Assembly (NCBI GenBank): GCA_946623145.1
Contig: CAMOQT010000002.1
Location: forward strand, 1 to 43,362
Source of the DNA: an uncultured Azospirillum sp.
Lineage (GTDB): Bacteria > Pseudomonadota > Alphaproteobacteria > RF32 > CAG-239
Length of the DNA: 43,362 nt
Direction: 5' to 3'
Below, piece by piece: positions 1 through 8,041 of this stretch. The position numbers and the translations under genes are program-made. Position 1 is the first letter of the stretch, and each line of letters begins with the position of its first letter. The notes below the pieces were generated by a model. That model was given only the letters and a program-made list of their open reading frames with translations. It was not told the origin of the DNA and searched no databases.

Positions 1-449
1 TCAGTCAAAATATTGCTTATGGTCATCAAAGAGCAACACAAGCAGAAATAGAAAAGGCGGCAAAACAAGCTTATGCCGATGAGTTTATTAGGGCTTTGCC
101 GAAAGGGTATCAAACGAAAGTGGGAGAAAAAGGTGTTAAACTTTCCGGCGGTCAGCGCCAAAGAATAGCTATTGCCAGGGCTATTTTGAAAAACAGTCCG
201 ATTTTGGTTTTAGATGAGGCAACTTCGGCTCTGGATAGTGAAGCAGAAAAATATATTCAAAAAGCGATGAAAAATTTAATGAAGAAAAAGACGGTTATTG
301 CTATCGCACATCGTTTATCAACGCTTAAAGAAATGGATCGGATTATTGTTTTAGATAAGGGAAAAATTGTTGAAGAAGGGCGGATTGATGATTTATTAAC
401 TGCAGGAGGCGTTTTTCAGCATCTTTGGGAAATACAGGAAAAAAATTAG
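1..449 (+). CDS. ABC exporter, C-terminal ATP-binding domain (MsbA-like fused permease/ATPase); 5' end outside window
   Basis: Frame open from base 3 to TAG 447-449. ABC signature LSGGQRQR, Walker [14 protein letters not shown]-loop IAHRLST. Confidence 0.85.
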   Translation, partial: SQNIAYGHQRATQAEIEKAAKQAYADEFIRALPKGYQTKVGEKGVKLSGGQRQRIAIARAILKNSPILVLDEATSALDSEAEKYIQKAMKNLMKKKTVIAIAHRLSTLKEMDRIIVLDKGKIVEEGRIDDLLTAGGVFQHLWEIQEKN

Positions 450-1345
450 ATTTTCTTATGACTTAATGGGTGCAATTTTTGCACTGTTTCAATCAATTCA
501 TCTGTGATAATATGGGTATAAATTTCTGTGGTGGTAATACTTTCGTGACCGAGCATTTTTTGAACGGAGCGAAGGTCGGCATCGTGTCGTAGAAGTTGTG
601 TTGCAAAAGAGTGGCGCAAAACATGAGGGGTAATGCGTGAGGGAGATATTCCGCTTTCTGTAGCCAGTTCTTTGAGGTGTTTATAGAAAGAATCACGCGT
701 AATATGACCTTCTTTTGAAGAAAGAGAAGGGAACAGCCAAGAGCTTTCTTTGCCTTTTATAAAACAATGGCGAAAAGTTAAATAGTCTTCAATTTCTTCA
801 AGAGCGGCATCCGAAACGGGAACAATTCTTTCTTTAGCGCCTTTTCCTAAAATAGTTATTTGTTTTTTTGCAAAATTAATACAATTTATAGGAGCGGATA
901 CAAGCTCTGAAACTCGTAGACCACAGTGATACATCAGAATTAACATAGCGGCAATGCGGCGATGTTTTATGTCTTGATGATTTTTTGCGGTATCAATCAG
1001 AGAATCCATTTCTGACTCATTTAAAAACTTTGGTAATGGCTTTTCTGGCTTTGGACTATCTATGTCAGATGAAGGATTATAACTGATTAGATTTTCAGAA
1101 AGTAGAAATTTGCAAAATTCCCGGATAGCAGAAAGTTTTCGTGCCTGTGTTTTGGGCGTGGATGGTTTTGCTGCTAAAAAAGACATAAAATCAGCTATTT
1201 TTTGTGATGTAATTTGTATCGGTTCTTTTATATTTTCAATATTTAAAAATTGCTCAATATCGCGACGATAAGCCTCTTCCGTATTAACAGAAGCGCCTTT
1301 TTCGGCAATTAACGTTTCAAGAAAATCAGAAAGAATCCGTTGCAT
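446..1345 (-). CDS. xerD: site-specific tyrosine recombinase XerD
   Basis: 299 aa. AYRRDIEQF near N-terminus; catalytic-domain motifs [34 protein letters not shown]; C-terminal LHPL as in XerD. Confidence 0.85.
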   Translation of the reverse strand: MQRILSDFLETLIAEKGASVNTEEAYRRDIEQFLNIENIKEPIQITSQKIADFMSFLAAKPSTPKTQARKLSAIREFCKFLLSENLISYNPSSDIDSPKPEKPLPKFLNESEMDSLIDTAKNHQDIKHRRIAAMLILMYHCGLRVSELVSAPINCINFAKKQITILGKGAKERIVPVSDAALEEIEDYLTFRHCFIKGKESSWLFPSLSSKEGHITRDSFYKHLKELATESGISPSRITPHVLRHSFATQLLRHDADLRSVQKMLGHESITTTEIYTHIITDELIETVQKLHPLSHKKI

Positions 1346-1347
1346 GA

Positions 1348-1491
1348 TTATTTTGCTAAAAAGTCATTAGCAACAGGTTGTTGAACATGTTCGGTCTTAA
1401 AAGGAATTTCATGTGCTGCGATATAAAACAAACCGGCTAACAAAGCAAATCCGATAAGATAATAGATAATTTTTGATTTTTGTTGTCTCAT
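1348..1491 (-). CDS. possible 47-aa single-pass membrane peptide (below the ORF-track size cutoff)
   Basis: Hand translation, ATG 1491-1489 to TAA 1350-1348: MRQQKSKIIYYLIGFALLAGLFYIAAHEIPFKTEHVQQPVANDFLAK. One hydrophobic helix. Ends 2 nt before the xerD start. No similarity recognised. Confidence 0.3.
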   Translation of the reverse strand: MRQQKSKIIYYLIGFALLAGLFYIAAHEIPFKTEHVQQPVANDFLAK

Positions 1492-1581
1492 GATGTATAA
1501 CCTTAAAAAAATATTGCGAAATATGAATCTGTTTATATATTTAACATATTAATAGTGAAATAAATATAAAAAATTTTGAAG

Positions 1582-2118
1582 ATGATGATAAAAAATAAAA
1601 TAATTCTTTTAGTCGGTTTGATGGGAAGCGGTAAAACCAGTGTCGGCCGGCGGTTGGCAAAAAAGCTGAATCTTCCATTCGTTGATGGTGATCAGGAAAT
1701 TGAGAAAGCAGCCGGTTTGTCTTTGGTGGATGTCCTTAAATGTTTTGGAGAGAAAGAATATCGTGCCGGTGAAGAGCGTGTTATGAAGCGCCTGTTGCAA
1801 GGGGAGCCTTGTGTTTTGGCATCAGGCGGTGGATCTTTTGTTGCTGAACAGACAAGAAAATTAGCGAAGGAGCACGCTGTTACAGTTTGGCTTAAAGCGG
1901 ATATCGATATCCTTTATAGTCGAACAGCAGGGCGTAAGCATCGTCCATTTTTGGAAGGGTGTGACGATCATTTGAAAAACAAACTCGAATCGTATATTAA
2001 GGAAGAATATCCTTATTATTCGGAAGCTGATATTGTTGTAGAAACAAAAGAGGAACAGGTTGAAAATACCGTGAACAGAGTTATTTCAGCGTTAAAAGCT
2101 CATATGAAAGCAAATTAA
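1582..2118 (+). CDS. aroK: shikimate kinase
   Basis: Walker A GLMGSGKTSVGRRLA followed by FVDGDQEIE, and typical size. The track start at 1576 is TTG; the first ATG is at 1582. Confidence 0.85.
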   Translation: MMIKNKIILLVGLMGSGKTSVGRRLAKKLNLPFVDGDQEIEKAAGLSLVDVLKCFGEKEYRAGEERVMKRLLQGEPCVLASGGGSFVAEQTRKLAKEHAVTVWLKADIDILYSRTAGRKHRPFLEGCDDHLKNKLESYIKEEYPYYSEADIVVETKEEQVENTVNRVISALKAHMKAN

Positions 2119-2135
2119 AGGATTATTTAAAATAC

Positions 2136-2174
2136 AAAAAAGCCACAAAGATATGTATCTTTGCGGCTTTTTTA
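2136..2174. terminator. bidirectional rho-independent terminator between aroK and the convergent membrane-protein gene
   Basis: GCCACAAAGAT / ATCTTTGCGGC stem (one mismatch), ATGT loop, flanked by an A-run (2136-2141) and a T-run (2168-2173). Confidence 0.7.
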
Positions 2175-2600
2175 TTAGGCTAATTCTTTTTGCTGTTCTT
2201 TGCTTGTTTTGTAATCGCATATTTGGATAACAAATATAGCAAAAGTGAGGAAATAGAGTAGAATCAAGGAGATAAAAATTAAAAAACCTTGTTTTACTGT
2301 TATGAGGTCAAATGTCAGAACAGATAAAATTGTTAAGATTATCTGTGTTATGAGCATAATTCCTAAACAAACGGTAACGGTGTCTCCAAAAGTTTTCCAG
2401 ATTTTTTCATTGGGCAGAGAATGTCCGCCACAAAAGAAGAATGTTGCAGTAAAGCTTACAGCTAAAATGTAACAGCCTTTGAAGAAGGATTCCATTGAGG
2501 GGTGTTTGGCAAAGATAACACAAGAGATAATCAGAACAAAGCATGTAATGAGAACAAACAGTAATTCTCTCCAATTTGTTTCTAAATTAATTTTGCTCAT
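2175..2600 (-). CDS. hypothetical integral membrane protein (about 4 TM helices)
   Basis: 141-aa ORF with four long hydrophobic segments, flanked by a terminator. No family recognised. Confidence 0.6.
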   Translation of the reverse strand: MSKINLETNWRELLFVLITCFVLIISCVIFAKHPSMESFFKGCYILAVSFTATFFFCGGHSLPNEKIWKTFGDTVTVCLGIMLITQIILTILSVLTFDLITVKQGFLIFISLILLYFLTFAIFVIQICDYKTSKEQQKELA

Positions 2601-2674
2601 AGTGATAATTGTTAAATTAATAATAAGTTTGATAAAGGGGAATATATAGTATTTTGCTAAAAAGTAAAGAGAAT

Positions 2675-3310
2675 TTAAAGCCGCTTATCTTGGCTATGAC
2701 AGTATTTACTTATTGGACAATTAAGACAATCCGGTTTTTGGGCTTTACAGATGTATCGTCCGAATAACACTAACCAATGATTGGTGTTTTTGATATATTC
2801 TTCAGGAAGAACTTTAACTAAATCTTTTTCAATCTCCAAAGGCGTTTTGCCGTGGCTGAAATCAAGGCGATGAGCAATGCGGGCGACATGGGTGTCAACA
2901 GCTAAGGTTGGCTGATTAAACCAAACATTTAAGACAACGTTTGCAGTTTTACGTCCGACGCCGGGAAGACTTTCCAAGTGTTCTCGATTTTCCGGAACGA
3001 TGCCGTTATATTTGCTCACTAATTCTTCACTCAAGGCAATAATGTTTTTAGCTTTGTTGTTATATAAGCCGATAGTTTTGATATGCGTTTTGAGTTTTTC
3101 TAAGCCCAGATTAAGCATTTTTTGAGGTGTATCGACGATTTTGAATAAATCGTTCGTTGCTTTGTTGACACCTTTATCTGTGCTTTGTGCGGAGAGAACA
3201 ACAGCAACCAATAGTGTATAGGCGTTGGTATAATTTAATTCGCAACGAGGATTAGGCTCTCTTTCGCGAAAAATGTTCATGATTTCGAGAGTTTCTTTGG
3301 TGCTTCGCAT
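2675..3310 (-). CDS. nth: endonuclease III
   Basis: HhH-GPD motif LPGVGRKTANVVL and C-terminal 4Fe-4S Cys cluster CKAQKPDCLNCPISKYC. Confidence 0.9.
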   Translation of the reverse strand: MRSTKETLEIMNIFREREPNPRCELNYTNAYTLLVAVVLSAQSTDKGVNKATNDLFKIVDTPQKMLNLGLEKLKTHIKTIGLYNNKAKNIIALSEELVSKYNGIVPENREHLESLPGVGRKTANVVLNVWFNQPTLAVDTHVARIAHRLDFSHGKTPLEIEKDLVKVLPEEYIKNTNHWLVLFGRYICKAQKPDCLNCPISKYCHSQDKRL

Positions 3311-4387
3311 TTAAGCCTTTACTCCTCCTGCACCGGCTGCTTTAGGGGCGTTTTCATCTAAAGGCCAACGTGGACGGGGTTTGAAATTGAGATTGTTTGT
3401 GTATCCTTTAGCAAATCTTTCTAACCCTGCCCAGGCAACCATGACACCGTTATCTGTGCAATATTGAATAGGAGGAGCCGCAAAAATAAGATTGTTTTTA
3501 TCTGCTAAATCTTTGAGATGCGCACGCAGATATGTGTTTGCGGCAACACCTCCGGAAACAACCAAATGTTTGCCGTTAGGATATTTTTGTTTGAAAATAT
3601 TTATAGCTAATTCGAGTTTATCGCATAAACTGCGTGTGGCGGCATATTGGAAAGAAGCACAAATATCAGCCGTATCCTGTTTGTTAATAATGGTATGAGC
3701 GATATTTCCGTCGCGAGCGTAAGATTCAATGATTTTTCTTACAGCTGTTTTGAGACCAGAAAAAGATAAATTACAATCTCCTGAGTTGTGAAGAGGTCGT
3801 GGTAAAACAAAACGGTTTTCATTTCCGACAGAGGCCATTTTTTCAATCATCGGACCGCCAGGATAGCCAAGATTGAGCATTTTAGCAACTTTATCAAAAG
3901 CTTCTCCTGCAGCATCATCAATCGTTGTTCCCAGTCGTTCAAAATCATCGACATCTTTGACAATTAAAATTTGGCAATGACCACCTGAGACCAGTAATAA
4001 TAAATATGGATATTCAACATTACTGGTTAAACGAGCGCAAAGAGCATGACCTTCCAAATGGTTAACGGCAACAAAAGGTTTATTTAGGGCAAGAGCTAAA
4101 GCTTTAGCAGCCATAACGCCGACAACAACGCCGCCAATTAATCCCGGACCGGCAGAAGCAGCAATAGCATCTATATCATCAAAAGATAGTTTTGATTTTT
4201 TTAGGCAACTTTCAATAATTTCATCAATGTGTTCCAAGTGTGATCGTGCAGCAATTTCGGGAACAACACCGCCGAAAATTTTATGCTCTTCTTGAGAGAG
4301 CAAGCTTTGTCCCAAAATCTCCTTTTTATCATTAACAATTGCTGCGGCTGTTTCGTCACAACTGCTTTCTATGCCTAAAACAATCAT
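3311..4387 (-). CDS. tsaD: tRNA N6-adenosine threonylcarbamoyltransferase TsaD
   Basis: 358 aa. N-terminal LGIESSCDETAAA, metal-binding NHLEGHAL, GGVAAN motif. Confidence 0.9.
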   Translation of the reverse strand: MIVLGIESSCDETAAAIVNDKKEILGQSLLSQEEHKIFGGVVPEIAARSHLEHIDEIIESCLKKSKLSFDDIDAIAASAGPGLIGGVVVGVMAAKALALALNKPFVAVNHLEGHALCARLTSNVEYPYLLLLVSGGHCQILIVKDVDDFERLGTTIDDAAGEAFDKVAKMLNLGYPGGPMIEKMASVGNENRFVLPRPLHNSGDCNLSFSGLKTAVRKIIESYARDGNIAHTIINKQDTADICASFQYAATRSLCDKLELAINIFKQKYPNGKHLVVSGGVAANTYLRAHLKDLADKNNLIFAAPPIQYCTDNGVMVAWAGLERFAKGYTNNLNFKPRPRWPLDENAPKAAGAGGVKA

Positions 4388-4466
4388 TTAAATATTCCAT
4401 TATGTTTATTTTTAATATATATGTTATATATAAAAATCATTCGTTAATGTAAAGGGATTTTGAAAA

Positions 4467-5444
4467 ATGAGTAAAGCAGATACGACACCTCAAGCTACAG
4501 AAGAACAAAAAACAACATTTAAGTTGATTATGGATATAAAAACCTGGGTTATCAGATGTGCTTTTTTAGGTATTATAGGATATGGAGGATATTGGCTTTA
4601 TCAAAATCCGAATGTTTGGCAGAAGTATTTGCAGTCGAATGAAAAATTATCAGAACAGAATGAAGTCTTAGGTATTCAGATGAGACAATTGCAAAATCAG
4701 GTAGCTTCTTTACAGTCACAAATTTTGAATATTCCCGAACCTGATCTTTCAAAATTTGAAGAAAAAGTAGAAAGCTTAGAAAAACAAAACTTAAATGTCA
4801 TAGATTCAAAAGCAGATGCTGCCATTGTTTTAGGAATGTTGACACGTGTTGATAAGCTTGAGAATCGTCTTGATAAATTGGCAAAGATCAGTGATGACGG
4901 TGCTTTAATTTTAAGTGCGGCAATGTTGGTTAAACAAGCTGCTGAAGAAGGTGGGGATTTTATTTATGAAGCAGAAATTTTGAATCAATTAACTCCGGCA
5001 ACGGCACCGATAAAAAAAGATGTTGCTGTTATTTCTGAAGATGCTCGTACGGGAATTGCTTGTAAAAATATGTTGCTTCGTCGTTTCAGAGAAATATATG
5101 CAGCTGCGCAACAGCCTGAAGAAGAGGTCGCTAAGGATTGGAAAGCTCGTTTGAATGATAAATTGAATGAATATATCAAAATTAATAAAACAGGTGAGAG
5201 CGTTCAGCAGGTAGAACAAAAACATCCTTTGGAAGATTTAGCGGTTTTAGTTAATGACGGGCAATTAAAAGGTGCTGTAAAATTAATAGAATCTTCAGAT
5301 AATGATGATATAAAACAAAATCAGCTTTTGCAGGAATGGTTAAGCGATACGCGTCGCTTCCTGGCATTTAAACAGGCCATCAGAAATATTGCGGCTTATA
5401 GTCTTGCAGAAATGAAAGTCAATAATTTAAAAAATAAGGAATAA
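4467..5444 (+). CDS. membrane-anchored coiled-coil protein, probable alphaproteobacterial mitofilin/Mic60-family (COG4223, HemX-like) protein
   Basis: One N-terminal TM (WVIRCAFLGIIGYGGYWLY), heptad-rich Q/E/L region, and a C-terminal segment (LEDLAVLVNDGQLKGAVKLIE...LLQEWLSDTRRFLAFKQAIRNI) resembling the mitofilin C-terminal pattern. Divergent from tsaD, as in many alphaproteobacteria. Confidence 0.5.
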   Translation: MSKADTTPQATEEQKTTFKLIMDIKTWVIRCAFLGIIGYGGYWLYQNPNVWQKYLQSNEKLSEQNEVLGIQMRQLQNQVASLQSQILNIPEPDLSKFEEKVESLEKQNLNVIDSKADAAIVLGMLTRVDKLENRLDKLAKISDDGALILSAAMLVKQAAEEGGDFIYEAEILNQLTPATAPIKKDVAVISEDARTGIACKNMLLRRFREIYAAAQQPEEEVAKDWKARLNDKLNEYIKINKTGESVQQVEQKHPLEDLAVLVNDGQLKGAVKLIESSDNDDIKQNQLLQEWLSDTRRFLAFKQAIRNIAAYSLAEMKVNNLKNKE

Positions 5445-5447
5445 AAA

Positions 5448-6842
5448 ATGTCAGAAGAAATAAAAAACGTTTGGCAAGATTATTTTGCTCAGGCGCCGTT
5501 GACTTTGTATAAAACAGAGCAGGTTGAAACAGCTGTTACGGCTTTTAATACAAATGTTGATGCTGTTTTGAAAATAAGCGGTAAAAGATTGGCCGAGTTA
5601 GTAAAAAAGGAAGGACTTTCATTAAAAGAACTTAAAGACATTAAACAGACAAAACTTTTGGAACCCAAAGATGTTTTGAAGGGAATTTTTAAGTCTTTTT
5701 GCGGTGGAATAGCCGAAGAGTGGCTTTCTGAGGAAAAAACAGTCTATGATTGGATGAAAGAAAATCTTGGTTATGACCGTTTACAAATGGGTGGACAAGG
5801 CGGAATCGTTGCAAATGTTCTTGGTATTCTCGGTGTGAAAAAAGTTATTGCTCATACAAATTCATTGCCGGCAGAACAGGCTCAGCAATTTTTAACATTA
5901 GACAATATAGTTTCTTTTGATGAAAACGGACAAGAAAAGCCGGCATATAAAATTAATCGTTCAAAAGATATTCCGATGATCCATTGGATTGTAGAGTTTG
6001 ATAAAGGAGATGAGATAGAACTAGAAGGAATTAAGTTTGTTTGTCCTAAATCGAATCGTTTTATTGCGACGTATGATCCATTAAATTTAAGATTGGTTGT
6101 AGATGATTATTTCATTAAAGCAACAACTAACAGCAAGGCAGATTATGTTATTTTATCCGGTATGCATGCTTTGACTGCTAATAATGATGGTGTTGCATTG
6201 GTTGAGAAAGTTTTGCCGATTATTAATGCTTGGCACAGACATGGTGCGATGGTTCATTTGGAAATAGCATCAACGCAAGATATTGAAGTCAGAAAAGCGA
6301 TTATTCAAAAATTAGCGACAAATGTTGATTCTATAGGAATTAATGAACGTGAGTTGATAGATATTTTGGAAGTTATCGGTGAAGACAAATTGGCTAAAAT
6401 TTGCAACGAGGATTGCCATGCTGAAAATCTTTTCAGAGCGGTGTTACGCGTTAAAGAGATTTTGAAAACGCCTCGTATTCAACTACATTTCTTTGGCTTA
6501 TATCTAACGATTCAAAATAAGAGCTTTAGAGTAACGGCAGAACAGAATCGTAATGGTATGATTTTGGCGGCGACCGTAGCTGCAGGTAAAGCCGGCACCG
6601 GTAATCTAAACAAAAAAGAAAATTTATTATGGGCTTTAGGTCAGAAGGTTTCGGATATTGGAATTAAAGAATTAGAAACAATAAGCGCTATTATTGAAGA
6701 TAAAAATTTATTAAAAACAGGACTTTCTCAATATGCCGGCTTTGATATTATTGCTGTTCCGACAATATTGGTTGAAAAACCCATTACTTTAGTCGGAATG
6801 GGAGATACAATATCATCCGTTTCTTTAGTAGGTGCTCGTTAA
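5448..6842 (+). CDS. ADP-dependent sugar kinase (archaeal-type ADP-glucokinase/ADP-phosphofructokinase family)
   Basis: Family motifs in the right order: AFNTNVDAV, QMGGQGGIVANVLG, HLEIAS, GINERELIDIL (NExE), C-terminal LVGMGDTISSVSL. AAGGAA SD overlaps the upstream stop codon. Confidence 0.75.
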   Translation: MSEEIKNVWQDYFAQAPLTLYKTEQVETAVTAFNTNVDAVLKISGKRLAELVKKEGLSLKELKDIKQTKLLEPKDVLKGIFKSFCGGIAEEWLSEEKTVYDWMKENLGYDRLQMGGQGGIVANVLGILGVKKVIAHTNSLPAEQAQQFLTLDNIVSFDENGQEKPAYKINRSKDIPMIHWIVEFDKGDEIELEGIKFVCPKSNRFIATYDPLNLRLVVDDYFIKATTNSKADYVILSGMHALTANNDGVALVEKVLPIINAWHRHGAMVHLEIASTQDIEVRKAIIQKLATNVDSIGINERELIDILEVIGEDKLAKICNEDCHAENLFRAVLRVKEILKTPRIQLHFFGLYLTIQNKSFRVTAEQNRNGMILAATVAAGKAGTGNLNKKENLLWALGQKVSDIGIKELETISAIIEDKNLLKTGLSQYAGFDIIAVPTILVEKPITLVGMGDTISSVSLVGAR

Positions 6843-6852
6843 AATCTTATCT

Positions 6853-7243
6853 AATGGTCGATTAGGGCGTTATCTGCAGGTCAAAAGTGTCCTCACGTAC
6901 CTTTTATGTACGCTGCGGTACTTTTGCCTTTGATGCCTACTACTCGGCACATTATCTAAGATTTTATAAAAGAATGGTCGATTAGGGCGTTATCTGCAGG
7001 CCAAAAGTGTCCTCACGTACTTTCTTATGTACGCTGCGGTACTTTTGCCTTTGATGCCTACTACTCGATACATTAGATGAGATTTTATAAAAGAATGGTC
7101 GATTAGGGCGTTATCTGCAGGCCAAAAGTGTCCTCACGTACTTTCTTATGTACGCTGCGGTACTTTTGCCTTTGATGCCTACTACTCGATACATTAGATG
7201 AGATTTTATAAAAGAATTATCGATTAGGGCGTTATCTGCAGGT
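6853..7243 (+). repeat. tandem array, 3 full plus 1 partial copy of a 120/121-bp hairpin-forming unit
   Basis: Units begin at 6853, 6973, 7094 and 7215 (truncated). Copies 2 and 3 are identical over 121 bp. Core is CCTCACGTAC-N5/6-ATGTACGCTGCGG flanked by complementary arms. Confidence 0.95.
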
Positions 7244-7252
7244 CGGGAATAT

Positions 7253-7543
7253 CTAAAATCTCTTAAAAACACCATCTTCAATTGGTGGTAAAAAACAGCT
7301 CCAACGTCCGGTAATGAAAGATACTCGATCTACGCGAGAAAAAGGAGACCCTTTTTGGCAGGCAATGATCATTTTATCGATATTTTCTTCCTCGCCACGC
7401 ATCATTATTTCAACAGAGCCATCGGTTTCATTATGGACCCAACCGGAAATGCCCCCGATTTCTTCGGCTTGAGCAACTGCCCAGCGTCGAAAACCTATGC
7501 CTTGCACGCGACCTTGTATTTTTATAAAGACTTCTTTTTGCAT
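7253..7543 (-). CDS. acyP: acylphosphatase
   Basis: 96 aa. Signature IQGRVQGIGFRRW plus GWVHNETDGSVEI. Confidence 0.85.
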   Translation of the reverse strand: MQKEVFIKIQGRVQGIGFRRWAVAQAEEIGGISGWVHNETDGSVEIMMRGEEENIDKMIIACQKGSPFSRVDRVSFITGRWSCFLPPIEDGVFKRF

Positions 7544-8037
7544 TATTTTACAAACGTTTCAATCTCTTTTAATTCTTCTAATAAGCTTTTGCGACGGCAA
7601 TCGGCGGCTTTATCGTTTCCCCATTTTTCAGCTTGCCATAATTCTTCTAAACAAGAGGCCTCATAAGCTTGTTGAGCTGTTATTTTTCCTTTAACCAGCG
7701 CGGCTGCCAGTAAAACTGAGCGCATATTAAGTGCGGCAAAGTAAAATCCCGTTAATTCCTTATCTGATAAAGATTGTAAGAATAATTTGAGCTTTTCTCC
7801 GGTATGACTATCCTGCTCAGGAACGTCTAAAGTTTTTGTTGTTTTATATTTTGTTTCTAAATCTTGTTTTGCCCAGTTTAATACCGGCAGCCATAATTTT
7901 TGCTGATGCTTTGCTAGATCTTCATTGGCGCTCCAGAATAACAACATATCCGTTAGGCTAAATTTAACCAGCTTTTCGATGATTATTTGACGATCTTTTG
8001 CAATTTCTGAAACAGATTTTTTAAGATTAACAGACAT
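7543..8037 (-). CDS. ATP12-family F1-ATPase assembly chaperone, C-terminal helical part only
   Basis: C-terminal pattern LEELWQAEKWGNDKAADCRR matches the ATP12 E-x-WQ-x-E-x-WG-x-D motif. Only 164 aa. Stop overlaps the acyP start (TAATG). Confidence 0.55.
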   Translation of the reverse strand: MSVNLKKSVSEIAKDRQIIIEKLVKFSLTDMLLFWSANEDLAKHQQKLWLPVLNWAKQDLETKYKTTKTLDVPEQDSHTGEKLKLFLQSLSDKELTGFYFAALNMRSVLLAAALVKGKITAQQAYEASCLEELWQAEKWGNDKAADCRRKSLLEELKEIETFVK

Positions 8038-8041
8038 ATTA

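Noticed and set aside
1539-1566. dif-like site next to xerD (ATTTAACATAT resembles the XerD-binding arm ATTTAACATAA)
   Set aside because: Only one arm matches. The expected XerC arm (TTATGCGCA-like) is absent, and the region is generic AT-rich promoter DNA upstream of aroK.
6940-7080. A 27-aa minus-strand ORF (MYRVVGIKGKSTAAYIRKYVRTLLACR) present in each tandem unit, with a partly similar 35-aa ORF in the 23075-23152 copy
   Set aside because: No SD. The ORF is destroyed in the 22942-23042 member (ATG GGA TAA). The amino-acid similarity follows trivially from nucleotide similarity. The hairpin structure explains the conservation better.
6853-7243. Could the regular ~121-bp periodicity be a CRISPR array?
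   Set aside because: The whole unit repeats and copies 2 and 3 are identical end to end. There are no unique spacers between short repeats and no cas genes in the window.
6853-7243. Integron attC-like sites, since these are imperfect palindromes of about 100 bp
   Set aside because: No RYYYAAC / GTTRRRY boxes in the required arrangement, no cassette ORFs between copies, and no intI nearby.
7355-7694. + strand ORFs overlapping acyP and the ATP12-like gene
   Set aside because: They are antisense to two genes with recognisable motifs and lack family features.
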